This document shows, in pieces, positions 35,914 to 44,445 of a DNA stretch of 64,000 bases. This DNA is from a virus. Position numbers and translations under genes: made by a program. The stretch's first letter is position 1, and each line of letters starts with the position of its first letter. The notes beneath the pieces are model-generated. The model was given only the letters and a program-made list of their open reading frames with translations. It ran no database searches and had not been told where the DNA came from. The stretch spans positions 10,764-74,763 of the IMG/VR virus record IMGVR_UViG_3300037156_000189. One strand, 5' to 3'.

Positions 35914-36095
35914 GCCACACCTACTCCATCTTGAATCCGCGAGTCCCTTGCTGCGCGCAGATATTTCTTGATCTTTCCAACCGGTCCAACACCTATTGCC
36001 AACGCGAACTGGGCCATCCGGATGAGGCCGTGAAGGAATTTCCCGGCGGGCACAACATTGTCGACGAGCCTCCTGTGGCGAAGGTACAGAAATGA
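35910..36095 (+). CDS. Small hypothetical protein
   Basis: Coupled ORF with C..ELGH....H. Confidence 0.6.
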   Translation: MSHTYSILNPRVPCCAQIFLDLSNRSNTYCQRELGHPDEAVKEFPGGHNIVDEPPVAKVQK

Positions 36096-36373
36096 CCCGT
36101 CCCCTGAGCCCGATTCATGCGCCGCTCGACGCCGACCCGCCGTCGAGCCCGCCACCGATTCCGCGCATCGCCCGCCTTGCCAAGCTCGATTCGCGCCCGC
36201 TGTCCGGTTTGCCGCGTTCGCTCGGCCCCGGCGGAGCATCCTCCGCGTTCGCGCGGGCAGTGGACAAGGCGCTGGTCGATGAGATGGCGGATCAGTTGCG
36301 AGGATTAGACACGGGCGAGAGTGAGATCGGCGATTGGGCCGGTGAGATCATCGCTGCGTTTTGTGAGGAGTAA
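36092..36373 (+). CDS. Hypothetical protein
   Basis: Coupled ORF. Confidence 0.6.
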   Translation: MTRPLSPIHAPLDADPPSSPPPIPRIARLAKLDSRPLSGLPRSLGPGGASSAFARAVDKALVDEMADQLRGLDTGESEIGDWAGEIIAAFCEE

Positions 36374-36663
36374 TGGACTCCATTTCTCCGGTTCTGACAG
36401 AACTCGAAGTGCCCGCTGAGCAGGTCGTCGCGCTCGGGCAAGATGGGTTCTACCCGATCGTTGTTGCGCGCGTCAGTTGGCGAGATAAAGACGAGAAGCT
36501 CATGGCGGTGTGCTCCTACACTCGCTACCGCTTCACCGCCGCGGAGAGGGAGTTGATTTTGAAAGGGGCGGACTTGATCCTGGGGCAGCCGCATCATGGT
36601 CAGATGATGCCGGTATCGCTGCAGTTGGCGATGCCAGGAGAGTATCCGGTACAGGAGAAATAA
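36373..36663 (+). CDS. Hypothetical protein
   Basis: TRYRFTAAERELILKGADL; GAGGAG ribosome-binding site. Confidence 0.7.
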   Translation: MDSISPVLTELEVPAEQVVALGQDGFYPIVVARVSWRDKDEKLMAVCSYTRYRFTAAERELILKGADLILGQPHHGQMMPVSLQLAMPGEYPVQEK

Positions 36664-36689
36664 AGTATCCAGTTGGAGGGTAAATAAAG

Positions 36690-36759
36690 TACACTTATGG
36701 GGTCAGGAAGTTGTAGCTTCCGGCAAGCCTAATCATTCTGGAGGAATGATCATGACCCC
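36690..36759 (+). promoter_or_regulatory. -10 box plus start-sequestering leader, copy 2
   Basis: TACACT, GGGGTCA...TGACCCC, GGAAG/CTTCC and ATCATTC/GAATGAT. Confidence 0.75.
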
Positions 36760-37465
36760 GCCCCAAGGATACTACAAAGATTTGACCGGACAGACGTTCG
36801 GCCTGTGGACAGTGCTCTCTTTTTGCGAATGCACCGCAAGAGGCACAGTCTGGTTATGCAAATGCGGGTGCGGAAAAGTACAGCGCGTCAGAAGCAGAAA
36901 CATGCAGGATGGAATAAGTAAATCCTGCGGGTGCGCGGCTATTCGCAAGGGTAAAGGATGGATCAAGGGATATGTTGGATATATTCCATTGACTAAAGGT
37001 ATGGTAGCCGCTGTCAGTGTGCATAGGGTTGCTGATTTGCAGCGATGGAATTGGTATGTGGTAAAGAAGAAAGGGCTGTATTACGCGTACCGAAACGGCG
37101 ACCGAAGCAAAGGCGAGGGGAAAATATCAATGGCTCGGTACATTCTTGGAATGGACTATACTGATAAACGAGAAGGCGACCATCGGAATCGCTGCACGCT
37201 CGATAACAGGGATCGTAATCTTCGGCCAGCCACGCGCAATCAAAGCCAGACCAACAAAGGAGTGCGTCGGGATAGCTACACAGGATTCAAGGGCATACGC
37301 CGTTGTAAGGCAAAGGGATCTTTTGTAGGAAGATTTCAGGTGCGGCTAACGCACATGGGCGTATGTCTGCATTTAGGAACGTACGACACGATTGAAGAGG
37401 CGGTAAAGGCCCGCGATGAAGTAGCTTTGAAATTGCACGGAGAGTTCGCTACGACTGGCGAGTAA
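36752..37465 (+). CDS. HNH-AP2 endonuclease with an N-terminal CxCG/SCGC domain, free-standing before terL
   Basis: DLTGQTFGLWTV...WLCKCGCG...SKSCGC, DHRNRCTLDNR..NLR and LHGEFA. Confidence 0.9.
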   Translation: MTPPQGYYKDLTGQTFGLWTVLSFCECTARGTVWLCKCGCGKVQRVRSRNMQDGISKSCGCAAIRKGKGWIKGYVGYIPLTKGMVAAVSVHRVADLQRWNWYVVKKKGLYYAYRNGDRSKGEGKISMARYILGMDYTDKREGDHRNRCTLDNRDRNLRPATRNQSQTNKGVRRDSYTGFKGIRRCKAKGSFVGRFQVRLTHMGVCLHLGTYDTIEEAVKARDEVALKLHGEFATTGE

Positions 37466-37479
37466 GTAGGAGGTCTGTT

Positions 37480-39291
37480 TCGCCGCTCGATCTTCAGCAC
37501 GTTGAAAAATTCTTCACCCGTCTGCACATAAGGGATAGGGACGACGGGAATTTTGTTCCTTTTACGCTTCGGCCTCAGCAACAAGAAGTATTTCAGATGG
37601 CCAAGGATCATCTCGCGCGGCGTCGTAGACTATTTATTATTTTTCTGAAGGCACGGCGTTTAGGAATTTCTACGATTGCGACCGGGCTCGGTCAAGCCCA
37701 TTGTATTGCACATCCTGGGTCGATGGCTCGTTGTATTGCGCAGAACGCCAAAGTGGCATCCGCTAATTTTGAGATGGCCAGTAGCTTTTTTAAAGACTGT
37801 AGAGAACTTTATCCAGGTGCGACTAAACCAACCAAGTCTCTTCTCACTTGGCCTCATTCTGACGGTCCTGATTCAACTTTCGAGCATCACACTGCAGCTA
37901 CAGTTCACGGTCAGCGCGGGCTAACTTCGTCATTCCTTCACATGACCGAAGCAGCCTTCTATCCGTATGAAAATGTGTTCACTAGTTTGATGAACACTTT
38001 AAGTATGGACAAGAACAACATTTGCTTGGTGGAAACGACCGCCAACGGCCAAGAAGGCCCCGGTGAAGCCTACTATCAGTATTGGGAAGGGGCTATGTCG
38101 GGGGAGAATGAGTTTCTTCCTATCTTCCTTCCTTGGTGGGACGACCCAGCTTACGTTCTCCCCGGCGAGTTAGCGATGGACGCTCCGAGGGACGAGTACG
38201 AAAAGTTCTTGATGAATGACATTAAGCATTGGAAGACAGGAAAACGAGTCCGCCTCGGTAAAGATCGCATAGCATGGTTCCGTGAAACTTTGGCAACCAA
38301 GTGCGAAAACGTGATCGAGAAGTGGAGGGCCGAAATGCCTTCTACTCCAGAAGAAGCTTTTGTCGCTACTGGCAACCCCGCGTTCACCATTGAAGAGATT
38401 CAGTTCGCGGAGAATTCGTGCGTCAAAATTCCTCCGTTCCGGGGCCGCTGCGTTCTGTCTTCAGACCTCAAGCATGGTGAATTGCAAAAAGGTACGGATG
38501 GCCCCTTGGTGGTTTACGAGACTCCACAAAAAGGGGCTCATTATTTTGCGGGGGTCGATTCGGCAAGAGGTGAAGAAAACACGATGGCTCCTGGCGATTA
38601 CGCGGCCATCGTAATGTGGAACGCGGAGACCGGAGATATGGCGGCCCGCTATATGTCTCGTGTTTCTCCGGAGGATCTTGCACCCGCAGCCGCCGCCCTT
38701 GGGTATTACTTCAACGGGGCCATGCTCAATGTTGAGTTGAATAACATTGGGTATGTGACCATGAAGGAACTCCGTGACCGGCTCTATTATCCTAACCAGT
38801 ACATCTGGAAGGGCCGTGATGACCGAGTAGATCGCTCGAAGCAGGGAGTAGCTTACGGATTTGAGACTAGTGACCGTTACCGCAAGATGATGTTCTCTAT
38901 GTTTCGCATGTCTTTGTACAAAAAAGAAGTCGTGCCGAAGGACCGGATATTCATTGACCAAATGAAGAAGGCGAAGATGGAGATGGCCTGGCGGTGGAAC
39001 GTTGCGGTTGGGCACGATGATGTTTTAATGGCGGGCTTCCTCGGTTGGATAGCTCGTGAGCAAAACCACCCCACTGCGTGTCAGCATCGCGCTTCTAAAA
39101 ACATCATGCTCACCAAAGAAGAACTCGAAACCGCAGGGTTCTCTCCCGCACGAGGTCAGATGCCTCAGTGGCTGAAATCGCCAGAGGTGACGGGCATGGG
39201 TACATTGATCACGACTGGCAACGATCATCTTCGCAAGTTAGAACTCTATGCAAAAAACAAGCAAAAACTAAAACGCTTGGAGTGGGTATGA
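37480..39291 (+). CDS. terL: Terminase large subunit (5' end uncertain; first ATG at 37597)
   Basis: LKARRLGIST (Walker A), LHMTEAAFY (Walker B), ETTANG, GVDSARG and HDDVLMA. Confidence 0.93.
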   Translation, partial: SPLDLQHVEKFFTRLHIRDRDDGNFVPFTLRPQQQEVFQMAKDHLARRRRLFIIFLKARRLGISTIATGLGQAHCIAHPGSMARCIAQNAKVASANFEMASSFFKDCRELYPGATKPTKSLLTWPHSDGPDSTFEHHTAATVHGQRGLTSSFLHMTEAAFYPYENVFTSLMNTLSMDKNNICLVETTANGQEGPGEAYYQYWEGAMSGENEFLPIFLPWWDDPAYVLPGELAMDAPRDEYEKFLMNDIKHWKTGKRVRLGKDRIAWFRETLATKCENVIEKWRAEMPSTPEEAFVATGNPAFTIEEIQFAENSCVKIPPFRGRCVLSSDLKHGELQKGTDGPLVVYETPQKGAHYFAGVDSARGEENTMAPGDYAAIVMWNAETGDMAARYMSRVSPEDLAPAAAALGYYFNGAMLNVELNNIGYVTMKELRDRLYYPNQYIWKGRDDRVDRSKQGVAYGFETSDRYRKMMFSMFRMSLYKKEVVPKDRIFIDQMKKAKMEMAWRWNVAVGHDDVLMAGFLGWIAREQNHPTACQHRASKNIMLTKEELETAGFSPARGQMPQWLKSPEVTGMGTLITTGNDHLRKLELYAKNKQKLKRLEWV

Positions 39292-40253
39292 CCAATGATC
39301 ACTCAGCACCAGAACGTACTCACACTGACCTTCCTGACGGAAGCTTCAGCGACGACCTTCGCAGCTTTCTTGGGCAGCCTGCTGACGAGCCAAAACCCGC
39401 CACCCGCACCCGAAATCTCCGAACCTCCTTCCGAGCCGTCCCAGCAGCGTTCGCACCACGTCCTGTTGACGGACGACCGGCTGGAGCAACTCTCGAACCA
39501 GCGCGCCCAGGGCCTGACCGCGCACCAGCGGCTCCTGCGCGCGCAAAGTTCTTTAAGGGATGGCGTGCTCCCGTTCAGCAAGCCGGGGCAGGCGCCTCAA
39601 CCGACAAACCAGTCCAGCCCGCGGATGCGAGCCCAGCAGGAGGGCGGGTTCGCGGATGGGGGCGCGGTCGCAGTGCGACCAACAGCGCCGCAGTTACGGA
39701 GCCCGGACCCGCAGCCGCAGGCCGACCTCGTGGCCGTCCACCAGGAAGCGGGAAGAAGGCCAAGCAAGCTGCGGCCAGTGACGCCAAGCCAGATCTCCCC
39801 AAAGACATAGCGAAGCTGGTTGGCAAGGTAGAACCGTCCGCGCCTCGTGCGATCATTCCCACTGAGTCCGAGCGGTCGAGCGCCACCCGTCTCTTCCGCC
39901 AGATCGGCGAGACTTTCAACACCAACCGGAAGAAGTCAAAGACTGCAGCTTATGCCGCCTTCCGTCACGACCTGATGGCGAATCTCGACACCCTGATCAT
40001 GGGTGGCGCGATCGATCTCAAGGAAGCGACAACCATCATCACCAACTTGGAGCAGTACACCAAGGAGACTGAGGCCGAGTCGACAGAGACGCCGGCGACG
40101 ATCCTGGGCCGCTGGCTCAGGATGGACGCTGCGGAAGTGGCTGGGTTGTCGGTGGGCGAGCCCGGCGAGTTGGTTGCGAACGAACCGGATGAAGAGGACG
40201 AAGAGGAAGTGTCGGCTGAAGCGGATCCGGACGGAGAACTAGAGAGCGCTTAG
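39288..40253 (+). CDS. Hypothetical protein after terL, overlapping a second frame at 39295-39810
   Basis: The C-terminal half is clearly coding; the 5' half has better codon bias in the 39295 frame. Confidence 0.6.
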   Translation: MTNDHSAPERTHTDLPDGSFSDDLRSFLGQPADEPKPATRTRNLRTSFRAVPAAFAPRPVDGRPAGATLEPARPGPDRAPAAPARAKFFKGWRAPVQQAGAGASTDKPVQPADASPAGGRVRGWGRGRSATNSAAVTEPGPAAAGRPRGRPPGSGKKAKQAAASDAKPDLPKDIAKLVGKVEPSAPRAIIPTESERSSATRLFRQIGETFNTNRKKSKTAAYAAFRHDLMANLDTLIMGGAIDLKEATTIITNLEQYTKETEAESTETPATILGRWLRMDAAEVAGLSVGEPGELVANEPDEEDEEEVSAEADPDGELESA

Positions 40254-40330
40254 TGTTGTGGCCCGAATTTCCCAAACCATCTTTTTTTCGACTATCCTTC
40301 CCGGTAGTAACGTTTTGAGGAGGAACTCCT

Positions 40331-40531
40331 TTGTCTACCGCCCGTGCGAAATACCAGACGACCGCTCCTGCCGAGTTCTCCTCCGATCTTCCTCGGAACC
40401 CGCGCCGGGAATTCAACTCCCCTTCGGCCCGGCCTTCCGGCCGCTCCGGCGGTGGCCCCGCCGTTTCCACCCCCCACCGCGTTTCATCCTCGATTCGTAA
40501 GGGGAAGAAAGCGAGCCGCCGCCGTGGATGA
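40331..40531 (+). CDS. Small basic Ser/Arg-rich protein
   Basis: GAGGAGG ribosome-binding site with TTG start; ends RKGKKASRRRG. Confidence 0.65.
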   Translation: MSTARAKYQTTAPAEFSSDLPRNPRREFNSPSARPSGRSGGGPAVSTPHRVSSSIRKGKKASRRRG

Positions 40532-40874
40532 CGACCAGGCCCCTCCGGAAGTCACCATTGAGCCAGCCGACAATGGTCATGTCGTCCGTTGGCATCAGCG
40601 CTCGACCAAGAAGGATCAGTCTGGCCGCACAGTTCGCCGCGTGGCTTCGACTGTTGACGAAGCCCTGGGCCACGCTAAGGCCGCGCTCAGCGGTGGGCCA
40701 ACCAAGTCGTCCAAAAAGAAATCATCCAGGGATGGGCAATCTGGCGCCGGGCTTGGCTCGGATGCTGAGGGGGAGTCAGGTTCGGCCTCCTCCCCCGCTG
40801 CCCATTCTTTTGGAGGCAAGTCGCGTAACAGTGCGCGTCGTCGCCGTCCCAGAGTCGGAAGCCGGCGGGCATAG
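40524..40874 (+). CDS. Small protein with a basic tail
   Basis: VTIEPADNGHVV domain; ends ARRRRPRVGSRRA. Confidence 0.65.
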   Translation: MDDDQAPPEVTIEPADNGHVVRWHQRSTKKDQSGRTVRRVASTVDEALGHAKAALSGGPTKSSKKKSSRDGQSGAGLGSDAEGESGSASSPAAHSFGGKSRNSARRRRPRVGSRRA

Positions 40875-40911
40875 CATCGGCTCAAACCAGTTTCCCTACA
40901 GGAGGATCATC

Positions 40912-41484
40912 ATGGAAAAATTCGTAGCAGTAACCAAATCTTCGCCGCAGGATATCGCCGCTGTTCAGTTCAAAGGCAAGCCCGACAACGCTACGGATGG
41001 CACATTCGCAGGCTTTCCTACTCGCGAAGATCCTTCTCGCAATCCGGTCGAGGTTGCTGTACTCGTTCCTACAGCGCACGGCGGAACACCGGCTTTCCCT
41101 GGCGATTGGATTGTGAGCGACGCCGATGGCAAGTTGTCGGTCGTCTCCGATTCGCATTTTGGCACGCACTACAAATCATCGGCGCCGTCTAAGCCTTTTG
41201 TCCCGGCTCCGCAGCTCACGTCGGAGCAGCTTGCGGCCCGGCAGGCCGGGGCTTCGCCCGTTCCTCCGCTTGTCCCGGCTGTCCCCACGCTCACGCCGCA
41301 GCAGCTCGCTGCGCAGCAGGCCGCCGGCGTCGTGTCTGCCCCAGCGCTTACGCCACAGCAGATTGCTGCGCAGCATGCTGTGCCGCCGGTTCCACAGGTC
41401 CCATCGGTTCCGCCAGCTCCGCAGTTAACGCCGCAGCAGCTTGCCGCACAAAAGGCTGAAGCGGCCAAAAACGTGATGAAATAA
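40912..41484 (+). CDS. PGDW-motif phage protein with four P.LT.QQ.AA repeats
   Basis: AVQF...T.HG...FPGDWIV; GGAGG ribosome-binding site. Confidence 0.75.
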   Translation: MEKFVAVTKSSPQDIAAVQFKGKPDNATDGTFAGFPTREDPSRNPVEVAVLVPTAHGGTPAFPGDWIVSDADGKLSVVSDSHFGTHYKSSAPSKPFVPAPQLTSEQLAARQAGASPVPPLVPAVPTLTPQQLAAQQAAGVVSAPALTPQQIAAQHAVPPVPQVPSVPPAPQLTPQQLAAQKAEAAKNVMK

Positions 41485-41507
41485 CGATTGCAAGTAGGAG
41501 GCAGTAG

Positions 41508-41654
41508 ATGGAGAAGAGTCAAAGTTGTGGCGTTCCAGAGAGTCAGGAATCGCCTGCTTTTGAGGCGAAAAATCACTCTACTGCTTTCCTGCGCAAGGCC
41601 GTCCGCGCATCCGAGAAGAAGCCGGGCAGGCGTGCGGCGAAGAAACGGGGCTGA
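41508..41654 (+). CDS. 48-aa protein with a basic C-terminus
   Basis: GGAGG ribosome-binding site; MEKSQ...KKPGRRAAKKRG. Confidence 0.6.
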   Translation: MEKSQSCGVPESQESPAFEAKNHSTAFLRKAVRASEKKPGRRAAKKRG

Positions 41655-41656
41655 TC

Positions 41657-41866
41657 ATGCCTTGGGCGCCGAAAGAATCTTCCCGGTTTACGAAGAAGGC
41701 CAAGTCGCCGAAGCGCAAGCGCCAGTGGGCTCATGTCGCGGACTCCATGTTTGAGCGAACCGGTGATGAGGGAGCCGCGATCCGTGCGGCCAATGGCGTG
41801 GTTCGCAAGTCTCGGTCCAAATCCTCTGCCCATCATCGTGCCCCCAGAAGGAGTTATCGCTCGTGA
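41657..41866 (+). CDS. ChaB-like small basic protein
   Basis: MPW...RQWAHVA......DEGAAIRAANGVV. Confidence 0.7.
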   Translation: MPWAPKESSRFTKKAKSPKRKRQWAHVADSMFERTGDEGAAIRAANGVVRKSRSKSSAHHRAPRRSYRS

Positions 41867-44295
41867 AGGTTCATCTGTTGACTCGTGTCTTTCTTCTCTC
41901 CGTAATTCTCTTCCTGCCTTCCGTCGCTCTCGCCTCTCCTCCCTCTGGTGGATACTGCATGAATCCCTCTGGCGCGTGGATACCTATCGCCACGCCGTCC
42001 GGTATCGCCTTCCCCGGCGCCCCTCCCTCGACAGGTCTCTACGGCAGTTCCGACGGTGGCGCGACTTGGTTCCCTCTTCAGTGCGATGCCAGCGGGAATC
42101 TGGCCGCGCTTCCCGCAGGTTGGACGGTAACAGGCACAGGATCATCGCAGGTAGTTACAGCGCCGGGAAGCCTCAAGATACCCTACTATCTGGCGGTCGG
42201 TACGCCATTCAATCTGACCAATTACCCAGGCACGGGTTTTTCGGTAAGTGAAGCGGCAGCCAGCGGAGGTTACGAACAGGCGATTATGCAAGACCAAACC
42301 CCCAGCGGGCAAGGGTGCTGGATCGCGCAGTCGGACGACGGCACGAATGCAACACATTACGCCGAGTTCTGCATGAACAACAGCGTTGCTCCCAACCCGG
42401 CGAACGTGTATTTCACCAATCCGCATGCTGCGACGGTATACAACGCAGACGGAGAATTCGATATCGCGGCGGGCTTGGTAACAGGGGGAACACCTGCCGG
42501 GGCGATAAATTTCTACGTCGATAACACGTCGCCGCAAGGGACGGGGCCGGTTGCGAAGATCACGTCCTCCGGAATTGCGGCCGTGAACCAGCGCGACGTG
42601 AGCAACCCGCTGCTGCAAACCTACAACGCCGCCTTGCACAATGCCGCCAACGCACCAGTTTCCATCGTGTTTATGATGGACAGCTACGCCAACTGCGGGG
42701 GACTCACGCTTTACGTGAACTGCGACATCACCCAGGTGCAGCGGTACCTGCAGACGAAGTTTGGATCGCACGGAACTGGATTGATTACTCCGGTTGCCGC
42801 TGGCGGAATTATTGGAGCGCTGACAGTTTGGACAACTAATCCTGCTATGGGACCGACACAGACCGGGTACGGAACCAACTTCAACACCCTCTACGACGGG
42901 ACAGTTGCTTCAAATTCGATGTGCACGACCACAGCGCAGTACACCGACCATTGGAACATCTACTACGCGACGTTCACAGACACGGCATCGGGTTTCGGTG
43001 TGACGGTGGATGGCGGCGGCGCAACGACCTATGGGGCGACGACCAGCGGCAGTTACACGGCGGCGGTGCAGAACATCTCCGTGGCGGCAGGCTACCACAA
43101 CATCTGCGTGGTCCCGCCCGCCTCTGGGAAGGTCCACATATATGCGTTGCAGGGCATCGTGGGCACGACGGGCGTCGAAGTAAGCATCCTCGGCAACGGC
43201 GGCGCGGTCTCGGCATCCCTTGCAACCGCTCCAGCCGCGCAGATGGCGTTCCTGAGCGTGATGACTCCAGTCCCTCAGTTGTTCATCGTTACGGACAACG
43301 TCAATGAAGCTGGCAACTCGGTTCCGGTGGCGACCTACACGGCGAATATGGGCACGATCCTGACGCAGTTGGCAACGCTCTCAACGCCGGGGCCGTCTGT
43401 GCTGATGTTGGATGAGGCGAATGCTTCGACCGGGGAAAGCGGCAGCGTGAAACAATCGGCTCTGCGGGTGGCGGAAGAGTCTATCGCGCAGTTGAACAAC
43501 CTGGCCTTTGTATCGATGGCGCAGCGGTGGGGAACCTACGCGAATGCGAGCTCACTCGCCTTGATGAACGGAGACGGTATTCACCCCTCAGACAAGGGGC
43601 ATCTGGACACAGCCGCGATGATTCTGGAGCGTATCGACGAGAACGCGAACAACTATCAGTACCGCGATGGAGCATCGAATCTGTTCATAGGGAGCATTCC
43701 GAATTTCATCAATAACTACATGAACACAGGGCTTGGGCTGGGGGGCTCTGGTGGGACTGGAAACAGCACGAACTACCAGAACACATGGGCTGGGTATCAG
43801 TCCTGCTCTGCGATCACTACCGGCCACAACAATGTGTGTATCGGAAGGTTCGCGGGTGGCAACAACCTGAGCAGCGGCAGCAGCAACGTGGCAATCGGCG
43901 ATGGGTCGGGATTGAAAACCGCAGGCGACGGTAATGAGGATGTGATCGGCTCGGGTGCAGTTGGAAACGGCTCCAACACCGCAACCATCGGCAACTCTTC
44001 CCTCATTGGAACGTGGCTCAAGGGCACGATGCACTTTACCGGGACCGCCCCAACTGCTAGTGCGGGTAGCGTCACAGGCTCAAACGCTGGCGGGACGATT
44101 GCCAGTCTGACCGCTGCCACTACAACCACGTTGACATTCAACACCGCATCGCCGTGGACGGTCTGGAGTTCATGTACAGCCTCCGCCAGTGCCGCGGCTA
44201 CCCCGGTGCAGGTGAGCGCGATCAGCTTGACGGCGGTGACGTTTACGTTTGCGGCGCTGACGGGTAGCGTCTACTATCAGTGCAATGGGAACTGA
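41863..44295 (+). CDS. Tailspike-like protein with signal peptide, SGNH esterase domain and beta-roll repeats
   Basis: MKVHLLTRVFLLSVILFLPSVALA|S; SGNH blocks MDS, GNGG, NVNE and DGIHP; NVCIG/NVAIG repeats; 12 Cys. Confidence 0.8.
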   Translation: MKVHLLTRVFLLSVILFLPSVALASPPSGGYCMNPSGAWIPIATPSGIAFPGAPPSTGLYGSSDGGATWFPLQCDASGNLAALPAGWTVTGTGSSQVVTAPGSLKIPYYLAVGTPFNLTNYPGTGFSVSEAAASGGYEQAIMQDQTPSGQGCWIAQSDDGTNATHYAEFCMNNSVAPNPANVYFTNPHAATVYNADGEFDIAAGLVTGGTPAGAINFYVDNTSPQGTGPVAKITSSGIAAVNQRDVSNPLLQTYNAALHNAANAPVSIVFMMDSYANCGGLTLYVNCDITQVQRYLQTKFGSHGTGLITPVAAGGIIGALTVWTTNPAMGPTQTGYGTNFNTLYDGTVASNSMCTTTAQYTDHWNIYYATFTDTASGFGVTVDGGGATTYGATTSGSYTAAVQNISVAAGYHNICVVPPASGKVHIYALQGIVGTTGVEVSILGNGGAVSASLATAPAAQMAFLSVMTPVPQLFIVTDNVNEAGNSVPVATYTANMGTILTQLATLSTPGPSVLMLDEANASTGESGSVKQSALRVAEESIAQLNNLAFVSMAQRWGTYANASSLALMNGDGIHPSDKGHLDTAAMILERIDENANNYQYRDGASNLFIGSIPNFINNYMNTGLGLGGSGGTGNSTNYQNTWAGYQSCSAITTGHNNVCIGRFAGGNNLSSGSSNVAIGDGSGLKTAGDGNEDVIGSGAVGNGSNTATIGNSSLIGTWLKGTMHFTGTAPTASAGSVTGSNAGGTIASLTAATTTTLTFNTASPWTVWSSCTASASAAATPVQVSAISLTAVTFTFAALTGSVYYQCNGN

Positions 44296-44445
44296 GCTGA
44301 TGACACTGTGGCGCAAGGGACGCGATCGATGTCTTGCTGGTGCAGCAGGCTGAAGCGGTGCTATTGTGGGAAGAGGAAAGCCAATGCCAGTTCCGAATAG
44401 AGTCGAGGGACGTAGCGGGTCACAAGCTCTTCAAGGAGCCGTTCA

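Noticed and set aside
36664-37480. HNH gene as a group I intron splitting terL
   Set aside because: The upstream ORF ends normally and is not terminase-like, there is no room for an intron core, and the HNH gene has its own promoter.
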